Positions 12,856 to 24,200 of a stretch of 64,000 bases of DNA are shown one piece after another (positions within the stretch are counted from its first letter, which is position 1; each line of letters starts with the position of its first letter). A program made the position numbers and the translations under genes. The notes under the pieces were generated by a model. The model did no database searches and was not told where the DNA came from. It saw nothing but the letters and a program-made list of their open reading frames with translations. Source of the DNA: Marsupella aquatica (taxonomy: Eukaryota; Plantae; Marchantiophyta); assembly GCA_973895155.1 (NCBI GenBank), contig OZ316894.1:3122844-3186843 (forward strand). The letters run 5' to 3'.

Positions 12856-13422
12856 TCATTCTAGGGTCCACCTGCCTACCGAATAGTTAGCTGCTGTGAA
12901 AATTACTGATTGTTTACAAAATAAATTGCCATTTCTTAATTGAGAAAATTCAGCCGTAGATCTCGCTGAGATATTTCTTTTGAATAATAAGTGGCCTGCT
13001 GAAATGGATGGATGAGATTGATGAAAACAGACAAAAATGGATGGCCAAGATAATAACAATTTAAATTCGATTGGACGGCCACGATCTCAGGAATTTGAAT
13101 TCCACCAACAAGATTGAAGAGATTGGTTTCCATTTTTTCTCACTTAATGCTCCAAAATTTTGGCTAGTTTTAACCAGCAGGGTGAAGATTTAGGAGAGAC
13201 CTTTCTTTCAAGCCTTGGTCACATCAAACAATGGAGAGGACATCCTATGGCTGCTGGGAGGTGCAGGGATGGTTGCGCAAAGGGTTGGTTTCAAATGAGG
13301 CCTCTGGGTACCAGTGTGGGGAGTGATTTGCTTGATGGGACACCAAAATGAAACATATTACTTGATAGTACCCCTGAATATCCAGACCGTTGATTGACCT
13401 TGAATCAACATATTGAAAAATT

Positions 13423-13825
13423 TGTTGAGCATAGACGACGATCGCAACGGCAAGCCCATGAACCATCCAACGCACAATAGTCGACACAAGAGATACGTGG
13501 TTCACCTCCTTGAGGCTACGTCCACGGGAACACACAAGAGAGCTTTACTGAACTCTAAGCCCGTCGGCTATACCGAGTCTCCACAGTGTAAGCTCTCCCT
13601 ATCTCTCAAGTGGCTCCATAACAATGAGCCTTGGTTCTACCTCTCCAAGCACACATGCCTCTTATGATATAGTGTGCAACTTAGTTGTACCTAACCACAT
13701 AGTTGTACCTAACCACGTAGTTGTACCTAACCACATAGTTGTACCTAATCACGTAGTTGTACCAACCCACGTTGTTGTACCAACCACGTCATACCTAACC
13801 TAGACGTAAGAGTAAATACCCAACA
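13423..13825 (-). repeat. 3' LTR of copia-2
   Basis: TGTTG...CAACA, with the PPT adjacent at 13826-13837. Confidence 0.95.
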
Positions 13826-14015
13826 ATCTTCCCCTTGACTCTGGTCTAGGGGAGAGTAATACTGCCAATATATATGATCCCTCAGCGGGAAGTTCTGGAC
13901 AAAAACCAAACCGGTTTCCCTCTCTAACTAGAGCAAACCAGAACTAAGCCGTAGCCTAATACATAGGAATGAGGAAGAGCATATATCAGTAATTACAATG
14001 AATGTTAAGAAAACT

Positions 14016-17000
14016 CTACTTGTGATGCAATTGCAAAACCTGCAATATGTCACGGTGTCTAGAGAAACTCTCCAAAGGAATCACTTTGGTAAATGCGTCA
14101 ACCGGGTTGAGTTTACCATCAATCTTGACTAGCTCAAACAAATTATCAAACACAGCCTGCCTGATAAAATGGTACCTAACGTCAATGTGCTTCACTCTGC
14201 TGTCCATCACCTGGTTCACAGCAAGGTGGAGCGCACTTTGACTATCACAATGGAGCTTCACATTCCCCTGTGGCAATCCCATTTCAGTGATAAGTCTATC
14301 CAACCAAATCGCTTCCTTTGCTGCTTCCGCAGCTGCAACATACTCCGCTTCTGTAGTAGACTGAGCAATACACTTCTGCAAAGTAGACCTCCAACTTATG
14401 CATCCACCGCCAAGTGTGAACACGTATCCTGTTGTTGATCTCCTTCGGTCCAAATCTTGTCCATAGTCAGAATCTACATAGCCAATCAATGATCTAGCAT
14501 TCTTTGCATTCGCATCAAATAAAAGACCATGATCCACGGTACCCTTCAAGTACCTGATAATCCACTTCACTGCTTCCCAGTGTACCTTCCCTGGATTCGA
14601 CATGTACCTGCTCACCTTGCCCATAGCCATGGCAAGATCAGGTCTAGTGCAAGTCATCAAATACATGAGACTCCCCACTGCCTTGTCATATGGAACCTTT
14701 GACATCAACCCCTTCTCTGTGTCATCCGTAGGACAGAACGCTGATGATAACTTGAAGTGTGGAGCCAACGGGGTACTTACTGGCTTGCTATTCTCCATGT
14801 TGAACCTTGCAATTACCTTCCTCGCATAACTGCTCTGCGTCAACCATAGCTTGCCAGCCTCCAAGTCCCTAGTGATCTCCATACCCAAAATCCTCTTAGC
14901 TGGCCCTAAGTCCTTCATCTTAAACTCTGCACTAAGCAGTGCCTTGAGCTTAACAATCTCAGACCTATCCTTGGCTGCAATTAGCATGTCATCCACATAA
15001 AGTACTAAAACAATGAACCCAAAGACAACATTCTTCACCGGTTTCAAATACACACAAGGGTCAAATACACTTCTGTGAAAACCTTGTGACCGAATCCAAT
15101 CGTCAAACCGCTTGTTCCACTGTCTTGGTGACTGCTTCAACCCATACAAGGATTTCAGCAATCTGCAAACTAATTCCTCCTGTCCTCTCTTCACAAAACC
15201 TAGCGGTTGTCTCATGAAGATCACCTCTTCCAATGTGCCATAGAGGAAAGCTGTGACAACATCCATCTGATCTAGGAGCAGACCAAACATTACAACAAGT
15301 ACACACAATAGTCGTATTGTAGAGTACTTAGCAACTGGTGAGAAGACCTCATTGTAATCCACACCTTTCTCTTGTGTGAATCCCTTTGCTACCAATCTAG
15401 CCTTGTAGACCTTCGATCCACCTCCTATGGAATTATCCTTCAGCTTGTAAATTCACTTGCTGTCCACCACTTGCTGACCCTTAGGCAGCTTAACAAGCTC
15501 CCAAGTTTTGTTGTCCTTTAGTGACTGCATCTCTGTTTGCATTGCTGCAGTCCACTTTTGCTTCTCCTTTGAAGCACTTGCCTCATGAAATGAAGAAGGT
15601 TCTCCTTCTTCCAAAATTAACGCATCACCCTCATCATCAGCTGTAAAATCATCCTCTTGCAGTTGAGATGAATCAACCCACTGTCCATACCTTGATGGAG
15701 CGCGTACAGTGCGACCAGATGTTCTTCTAGCCGATGACTCCGGTTGATCTGCGTGTGCTGGTACAATTTGAAGCTCAACAACATCCACTTGCTGCTCACC
15801 AGCATCAACAAACTCCTCTGGTTCCTCTGGCACAGGAACCAGCTCCATAATTGGAGCAACTCCTTCTCTCCGGTCATGCACCTCATAACCAATCTCCCCC
15901 TCAACGAGATCCGGGATAGGAGATTTTCTTTTGTCAGTACGGGAGACCTGAGTATTCTCCCCCTCCTTCAATAATCTGGATTCATTGAAGGAAACATCCC
16001 TACTGACAACGAGCTTACAGGCAATAGGATCCCATAGCCTATAGGCTTTCACACCACTCTGGTACCCAAGAAAAACACATTTCCTGGAGGTAGGATCCAA
16101 CTTGGTCCTATTCTGCTTTGGTGTGAGAGCATATGCATCACTTCCAAAAATTACCAAGCCATGATAGTCTGCTTGCCGCTTATAGCGCATCTCAAACGGC
16201 GTTTTGAAATTGATAGCACTAGAAGGAGAAAGATTTACCAAATAAGCTGCGGTATTGACAGCTTCTGCCCAAAATTCTTGTGGTAAACCTGATTGGCTCA
16301 ACATACTCCGTGACCGCTCCAACAGTGTCCGATTGAGCCTCTCAGCGACACCATTCTGCTGCGGAGTATAAACTGTGGTGAGATGGCGAGTTATCCCCTG
16401 TTCTGAACAGTACTCTTCAAATTCCATTGAAGTGTACTCCCCGCCGTTGTCTGACCTCAAACTCTTCACCCTTGTATCCAAACACTTGATCGTGTTTCCA
16501 GTCTGATTCTCCACCTGGGCCTTCCATTTCTTAAAAATGGACAAGACATCAGACTTATGCGTCATGAAATAAATCCACACAAATCTTGAGTAATCATCAA
16601 TAAATGATACATAGTACAACTTTCCAGAGTGTGAGGGAGTCGGGGATGGACCCCACACGTCACTATGTATGTACTCAAGAACCGCTTTGGAACGATGAGT
16701 TCCAACACCAAAAGCACGACGATGCTGCTTTCCAAGAATGCAATGCTCACAAAACTCTAATTTACAAGATTGCAAATCAGAAATGAGTCCATTCTTCCGT
16801 AAGATAGCCAAACCCTTCTCACTCATGTGGCCTAGCCGTGAATGCCACAGTTGAGTCATCTCCTCGTGAGACTTGGTTACATTGGCCTCTCCACATACAG
16901 TATTGCCCTGTAACACATACAAATTCTTTTGTCTACTCCCCTTCAAAATCACTGTCTCTCCCGACCTGACTTGAAGTTCACCATCAATAACGCTCCATTG

Positions 17001-17288
17001 ATGACCATTTGAATCCAACACACCGAGTGAAATCAGATTCTTACGCATGCCAGGTACATACCTGACTCCGGACACTGTGCGCACAGCGCCATCAAACATT
17101 TGAATCTTCACAAACCCAATTCCCTCAATTTGACAGGAGTGATCATTTCCCATCAGAACTGAACCATTTGAAATAGAGTAAGAACTGAAAAACTCACGAA
17201 TGTAACAAATATGAAAAGAGCAAGCACAATCAAGAATCCACACATCATCTGCTCTCCTAGATGACGTGCACAGGGCATACCCCCGGCT
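14016..17288 (-). pseudogene. pol (protease-integrase-RT-RNase H) of copia-2, one reading frame broken by one premature TGA
   Basis: Motifs WILDCACSFH, WHSRLGH, RSDNGGEY, QQNGVAER, LYVDDM and KHIDVRYHFIR. The TGA at 15453-15455 replaces the conserved Trp of KWIYKLK, and the frame continues across it. Confidence 0.9.
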
Positions 17289-18146
17289 TCATAAAACATA
17301 CTCATCATTGAGTAAATCAGCTTCTCCATCAGCCCTAGCCACATTTGCCGATGAAGTTTCCGCTGCCTTTCCCTTACAGTCTCGCTTGAAGTGTCCAACT
17401 TGGTTGCACTTCCAACATGTCACCTGCCTCCTCTGAGGGGATTTACCCTTGGACTTAGATCTGGATTTAGATCTAAACTGGGTTCTACGGTCCCCAGTTG
17501 GTCGCTGCATACTCCTCCCACGGTTAACATTGAGGGCAGCACCAGATGATGAAGGCTGTGACGTGATGTGCATCTTCTGCTGAAGATCATCACTAAGCAG
17601 AGAACTTATCACGTCATTGTATGAAATGGTATCCCTATCACGATGCAACAACACTCGTGATAGGGACTGGTAAGATGGAGGCAATGAACTAAGAAGCTGC
17701 AGAGCCTTCGTCTCATCATTCAAAGTCTCCCCAAGGTTTTCCAAGTCAACGACCATGTCGTTGAAAGCATCCACATGGTCTTGCAACTTCGTACCAGATT
17801 CCTTCATCCTGAAACTCATCAGTTTGTAGGAAGTGTAGAGCCGGTTCGACAACTCCTTGCGGTGATACTTGCTCTGCAATTCCGCAAATAAGGACATGCA
17901 ATCCTTATGTGCACCCAACTGCTTGATGATGGGAGGCATGAGATAGAGTGTAACACACCACACTCCCTGCTCCTGCATGCGGTCCCATTGTTTCTCATCA
18001 ACATCGTCTTCACGAGGGCTCAGCAGTTGGCCCATCCCTGACGCATAAAGCACTCCCTTCACCTGCTTCTCCCATAGCAAGTAGTCAGAGCGCCCATCAT
18101 ACTTTGTCACTTCATACTTGGGTCCCCCAAGCTTGAAAGTCCCCAT
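17289..18146 (-). CDS. Gag of copia-2 (UBN2-type gag with CCHC zinc knuckle)
   Basis: First ATG at 18146 (MGTFKLGGPKYEV). Motifs KYDGRSDYLLWE, LLSSLPPSY and CWKCNQVGHFKRDC. Ends at a TGA that is in frame with pol. Confidence 0.85.
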   Translation of the reverse strand: MGTFKLGGPKYEVTKYDGRSDYLLWEKQVKGVLYASGMGQLLSPREDDVDEKQWDRMQEQGVWCVTLYLMPPIIKQLGAHKDCMSLFAELQSKYHRKELSNRLYTSYKLMSFRMKESGTKLQDHVDAFNDMVVDLENLGETLNDETKALQLLSSLPPSYQSLSRVLLHRDRDTISYNDVISSLLSDDLQQKMHITSQPSSSGAALNVNRGRSMQRPTGDRRTQFRSKSRSKSKGKSPQRRQVTCWKCNQVGHFKRDCKGKAAETSSANVARADGEADLLNDEYVL

Positions 18147-18566
18147 CTTCTTCTTTGGCACTACCGTGAGCTCCGGTAGTAGTACTGCTTCCTCCACCAC
18201 ACGCCGCACCGGTGATGGTATCGGTGTCACATGCTCTTCCTCTTTGCATCAAAGAGCCAATCCCGGACTCAAAACAATCGTCTTGCCTCAATCTCTCCGT
18301 TGAGTCAAAACACTTGACGCTTCTCCCTCCGAGTCGATTGCCAACTTTCTTCACAAAATCCAGAACGACGAAAACTTAGATCTCTCTGCACCACGAGCTC
18401 CGTTCAGCGATTTCTTCACACCGTTAGAAAGCTCTTGCCCCGATCTATCCGTTGAGCCCATAAACTCCAAGTTCCATGCGACGGAACTCCAGGAAATCCA
18501 CCGACACTCAACGCTGGAAAAACCGTAATGAAATCCCGTCACGAACACACGTCACCTCCCAAGCAT

Positions 18567-18578
18567 GCTCTGATACCA
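18567..18578 (-). promoter_or_regulatory. Primer-binding site (3' end of tRNA-iMet) of copia-2
   Basis: TGGTATCAGAGC, 2 nt inside the 5' LTR. Confidence 0.93.
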
Positions 18579-18580
18579 AT

Positions 18581-18983
18581 TGTTGAGCATAGACGACGAT
18601 CGCAACGGCAAGCCCATGAACCATCCAACGCACAATAGTCGACACAAGAGATACGTGGTTCACCTCCTTGAGGCTATGTCCACGGGAACACACAAGAGAG
18701 CTTTACTGAACTCTAAGCCCGTCGGCTATACCGAGTCTCCACAGTGTAAGCTCTCCCTATCTCTCAAGTGGCTCCATAACAATGAGCCTTGGTTCTACCT
18801 CTCCAAGCACACATGCCTCTTATGATATAGTGTGCAACTTAGTTGTACCTAACCACATAGTTGTACCTAACCACGTAGTTGTACCTAACCACATAGTTGT
18901 ACCTAATCACGTAGTTGTACCAACCCACGTTGTTGTACCAACCACGTCATACCTAACCTAGACGTAAGAGTAAATACCCAACA
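18581..18983 (-). repeat. 5' LTR of copia-2
   Basis: Near-identical to 13423-13825. U3 contains tandem 19-bp tagttgtacctaaccac units. Confidence 0.95.
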
Positions 18984-19223
18984 AAATTCGGGTATCCTAT
19001 CAAGTAACGCCATACATTTTGGGGTCCCATCAAGCAATTCCCTCCAGTGTGGGTGGGCTCACAATAAAACAACGACAGGTTCCAGGAGAAAATATAGAGT
19101 AATGTTTGCTTACATGACATTGTGGGCCATAAGTCCCAGAAAAAGAAGGGTTTTGAGTTTTGAGGGGCTATGATTGCCCATAATGCTCTTGTAACATGAT
19201 GTTAACACACTTCAAGGCTAAGA

Positions 19224-19328
19224 GTTTAGTAAAAACAGAGGAGAAGTGTTTATTGCTACTGTGTTTAATAAAAACAGAGGAGACGTTTTATATTGCTACT
19301 ATATTTAGTAAAACTGAGGAGAAGTTTT
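19224..19328. repeat. ~40-bp tandem repeat, about 2.5 copies
   Basis: tttagtaaaaacagaggaga...tattgctact is repeated. Confidence 0.65.
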
Positions 19329-19410
19329 CTAATTGCCCATCCAAATCTTGACAATGAATTTTTTCTCCATAAAATGCACTGAAAACTGTAATGCCAAAAA
19401 TTAGAAAGCA

Positions 19411-20199
19411 CATCAAGTAACAGGGAGTACTCTACTCCCAATTTATCATATGAAACCGTGATCCCAGCACCTTGAGTGTAAAGGAAAAAGTCAGGAAGGA
19501 CATCAAGTAATCAGGAGTACTATACTCCCAATTTTATCATATGAAACCGTGATCGCAGCACCCTGAGTATAAAGAGAAAAATCAGGAAGGACATCAAGTA
19601 ACCAGGAGTACTATACACCCAATTTTATCATATGAAACCGTGATCCCAGCACCCTGAGTGTAAAGGAAAAACTCAGGGAGGATATCAAGCAACCAGGAGT
19701 ACTATACTCCCAATTTGATCATATGAAACCGTGATCCGCACCCTGAGTATAAAGTTAAAAATCAGGAAGGACATCAAGTAACCAGGAGTACTATACTCCC
19801 AATTTTATCATATAAAACAGTGATTTGCACCCTGAGTATAAAGAGAAAAATCAGGAAGGACATCAAGTAACCAGGGGTACTATACTCCCAATTTTATCAT
19901 ATGAAACCGTGATCCCAGCACCTTGAGTGTAAAGAGAAAAATCAGGAAGGACATCAACTAACCAGGAGTACTATACTCTTAGTTTTATTATATGAAACGG
20001 TGATCCCAGCACCCTGAGTGTAAAGAGAAAAATCAGGAAGGACATTCACTAACCCGGAATACTGTACTCCCACTTTATCGCATGAAACCGTGATCCCAGC
20101 ACCCTGAGTGTAAAGAGAAAAATCAGGAAGGACAGTCACCAACCCGGAATACTGTACTCCCAATTTATCGCATGAAACCGTGATCCCAGCACCCTGAGG
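19411..20199. repeat. ~90-bp tandem array (about 8.7 copies) upstream of DEP1
   Basis: Unit catcaagtaaccaggagtactatactcccaattttatcatatgaaaccgtgatcccagcaccctgagtgtaaagagaaaaatcaggaagga, head to tail with no spacers. Confidence 0.95.
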
Positions 20200-21245
20200 C
20201 ATCCTCCAGTATATTCCACAGACTCATGTACCAAACGAAAAACTATGGGCTCTACAGAACAGCAGAGAAGCTTGTGGTGAAGACAGTGTTGCCTAGAGAG
20301 GAGAACAGAGGAGAATCGCATGGCTGCTCACGTCGCAATTCCCCCTCCAGATTTCCTGCGCTTCTTGGGCCGCAGTCGTCTCCATTTCCACCATCAGCAC
20401 TACCTGAACCGCCTCCAACCTCTTCTTCTGCTTCCTAATCTCATCACCAAGAAATCCAAAGTAGCTGAGCTCGTCCCCACCCAGCCTCCTGTACTGGCCA
20501 TTGTGAGGGCTGGGCGGAGGAGCAGTGCTGCTGTGTCAACGAGGTATAATCGCTCGTTCTCTTCTCCATTGGGGATTCGTCCAGTTGTGGAACTAGAAGT
20601 AACAATGCTTTCTTAATTCATTCAGCTCAATCCTGACGAATTCTTTAATGGACAAGGAAGCAGGTATGGACAAGGATTGCAATTTGGGTAGCAATAGAGC
20701 GGTTTGGTCGCAACGAAGGCGACCCACAAGAAAGTTGAACTACATTCCTGATTAGTTGGCAGCTGCGACGACCTAAAAGCAGACATATCTTAACAGTTCC
20801 ATTATGTCTTTCATAACAACGTTACCTCTCTTCTGAGACTCAAGTTTAACTTCGTGCCTTTCGGTGTCTACGATTGGCCTAGATTTCTGTTTATTGGGAG
20901 ATCCCATTACCATGGACAACACTGAGTTGCGCGGCTATTTTTGTAACATTTGTATTTCGACCACATTGTGCGTTGCCAGTTTTGGCTTCTGTGAGTTTTG
21001 TGAGACTGGTGGCTCTTGGCACATTTTTGATAGTGGGTGAATTTTTCAAGAAGTGTGGGTAGGGTTTGGACGGTGAGAGAAATTGGAAACCATCAAAACG
21101 TGATCATCTGTGTCGTCAGTCTCGAAATGAGTTAGAAAATAATAGTAATCACTGTCGGGTCATTTCACGTTCGAATGTTAAGGGGAAAAAGTCCCATTGC
21201 GTTGACGCACAATGGCATAGTGGAATCTGTAGGTGGTCCTCAGTT

Positions 21246-24200
21246 ATGGGGGAGGATGCCGCTGGCACGAGTGGTTACTCAGAGACTCAGGTGGTGAAAG
21301 AAACGAAGGAGCTGGCTGCAGAGCTTTGTAAACAATTCTATGGTTTGGGATGGGTTTCGGGCACTGGGGGCAGCATTACACTTAAAGTACACGATCCTGC
21401 AATTCCCCTCTCCGAACGACTCATTGTCATGGCTCCCTCAGGTTTGTACCGACAGATACTCAAATTTGAAAACAGCATTGTTGAGGCTCACACTCAACCT
21501 CTTATTGGCAGAAGTTGTTCAGATTTCATGACGATGACCCTGAAATTTCTTGGTCAGGAGTGCAGAAAGAAAGGATGCTGCCGGAGGACATGTATGTTAT
21601 GAGCTCAACTGGGTCTATCCTGTCCCATCCGGTCCCCAAAGCAGCACCCCACAAGCCTCCCAAATGCAGTGAATGTGGGCCACTGTTTTTAAAGGTATAC
21701 TCTATTTTAATTTTGTCGTTCAGCTGTTGAAAGAGCTAATGAATTTCAGCAGGGACTGGGTCGATTGAAGCCAATTGGCGTCTGAGAAAGGTGGACAGCC
21801 AATTGTTCATCTTTACTGAAGGGGTTGTTAAGTCTAGATTTGATGTGATCATAAGCTACCAACCCTATCCAGAGGTTGGCTGTTCTTCTGAGCGTAAGTT
21901 TGGTCTACCTACAATTGTAAGCAATCTTGTAGCTTGTGCTGGAAACGGTTCGAGCTTCGGTGATTGATTGAGGACATTTGAAGTTAGGGGAAGTTTTGGA
22001 GGATCTTATCTTTCGTCTCATCTCGTGTAAATCAGGCATATATCATGCGCAATGCTGGAGCTGTCATCCACAGTCACGGCATAGAGTCCGCCCTCGTGAC
22101 AATGATCAACCCTGCTGCAAAAGAATTCCGGGTACGTCCTCTGCTTATTTGTTCGGAATTGCAGGTACAGGGTGGTGAATCTGAGCTACTCTGTCGAGTC
22201 AGTAGGCAGCCGGTTCTCTGACTATCAAATGGACTAGTGCTTTTTTTGTAGTGGTACTTCAGTGCCAGTCTGACTTTTGGATTCTAATGCATTTTTAACA
22301 GATTACTCACATGGAGATGATAAAAGGCATAGCAGGGCATGGTTACTACGATGAACTAGTCGTTCCTATCATTGAAAATTCGGCACGTGAATACGAACTT
22401 ACGGATGCACTGGCAGAAGCTGTAAGTGACCTATTTCAATTGGATAATAATTTCCGTTACTCCGATAATAGTTCGTATCGCCATCGCCTTCTATGCTTTA
22501 AATAGCCTGCTGATCCTTACCTCTGATAGTAATGTCGAGTGTGCTTCAGCCGATCTACATTTCCCATAATGGTTGCGACTTGACTTTTTAAGCTCGTTTG
22601 ACCCAACATTTGCTATGGCAATCAGTCTCCATTCTCTCCGTCGCTGTCGAATCTTATTTGCAAACGTAGTAAATCAACAACGACACTTTATGATGACCTT
22701 TGATCGTGTTACTAGCAGATTGCTGCATATCCAAAAGCGACGGCTGTGCTAGTGAGAAATCATGGCATCTACATCTGGGGTGATTCATGGATTCAGGCCA
22801 AAACTCAGGTGAAAATCAGTTTACAATTATCTAGGCAATAACTTCCAGTCTGTCGCAAAAGCATACAGGGGTTTTGATCATTCGTACAAATATGTTTGTC
22901 AGCGCAGGCAGAGTGCTACCATTATCTCTTTGAGGCAGCTTTACGACTTCACCAACTAGGGATTGATCCGGCAGACCCCAAGCATGGTCCAATTAGGGCA
23001 AGTGGGTCCGTCCAACCAGTGGTTCAAAAGGAAACTGGCCCCGATGGTTTCGGGAAAAGCTTTCCAGTAAGTTGCTGGTTATTTGTTAGATTCCTTCGTG
23101 CAGGTTTAACGATTGCAATTGCCTTCTCTAATTCCTATCGTTGTGGAAGATGTATACCAACTAAATCAGGCCAATGGCCAAATGTTTAGCATAGACATTA
23201 ACATGTGGGAACCTGTGAATGCAGCTTGTTCTTGTACTTGACATTGAAGGGACTACCACGCCGATATCATTTGTTACTGATGTACTTTTCCCCTACGCCC
23301 GCGATAATGTGCGGACCCACCTCCTTTCGACATATGATTCCAAAGAAACCCAGGAGGACATAGCACTTTTGCGGAAGCAGGTATCTTGCTTTTCTCGCAA
23401 CCTGGTTTCCTAGGTGCTGTGAAAGTGGAACTGTGACAAGTCTGTTGTATCAATTCTATGTGAGCATGTTTCTTTCTATTTTTGACGTCTTCTATCGTGA
23501 GAAATGGGAAATAGGTCTTTACGCGTTTGAGTCACATTCGAACGTTCGACATAGATGAAACTCATTTTCACCTTTGATCTCTAATCTTACAGGTAAAACT
23601 CTGTTCACTTCCTTACAGCGATGTATGAATACTCTTGTTGCATGCCTGTGAAGAACCTGGCTTGGCTTCTTATTGATACATCCGGATGTTGCATGTAATT
23701 CTTTAGATAAAGGAAGACTTGGGTCAAGGCATTGTTGGTGCACAACCGGTCCCTCCTGAGGGCGAATCCAAGCTAGGCATAGTCGCTGCTCTGGAGGCAA
23801 ATGTAGTAGCAGCAATTAAGGCAGACCGGAAGGTGACAGCTCTGAAGCAGTTGCAGGTAAGAATTTACGCTCCTTATTCATGTGAGAGACGTTGATGAGA
23901 TTTGTACTGTAGGACTCTTGCGTTTGAAGCTTTGTGAGGTCACGTACAAAATTTGCTAGCAAGTTGCTCTCCACTCGGGATTCAGGAATTATCTAATCAT
24001 TGAGTGAAAAGTGTCTGAATTATCTATACAAAGATCCTCACTTTCAGGTCTTAAGCTAAGCACACTGAACAATAGCATGGAAATGACTTTAGGCCAACAA
24101 TTGGCTCAGCAGATGTTTTTGATGACCTGTTTAGAAAAGCTTTCTTTGAATGTCTGGATTGTTATGTCTTGGCTCGCTTCGAGTTTCACTGGCTATGCTA

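Larger units (their letters stand above)
13423..18983 (-). mobile_element. Young full-length Ty1/copia LTR retrotransposon (copia-2, Tork/Tnt1-like)
   Basis: 403-bp LTRs at 13423-13825 and 18581-18983 with one substitution seen. TSD AAATT, PBS TGGTATCAGAGC, PPT CAAGGGGAAGAT and a complete set of gag-PR-INT-RT-RH domains. Confidence 0.97.
13321..19044. mobile_element. Mutator-like MITE (~160 bp) split by the copia-2 insertion
   Basis: ~55-bp imperfect TIRs (gagtgatttgcttgatgggacaccaaaatg versus reverse complement gagggaattgcttgatgggaccccaaaatg). 9-bp TSD CAGTGTGGG at 13312-13320 and 19045-19053. Confidence 0.85.

Noticed and set aside
19411-20199. CRISPR-like array
   Set aside because: Units are contiguous with no unique spacers, there are no cas genes, and the context is eukaryotic.
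19954-20202. ORF with 30-aa repeats
   Set aside because: It arises from 90-bp units being a multiple of 3, and other units break the frame.
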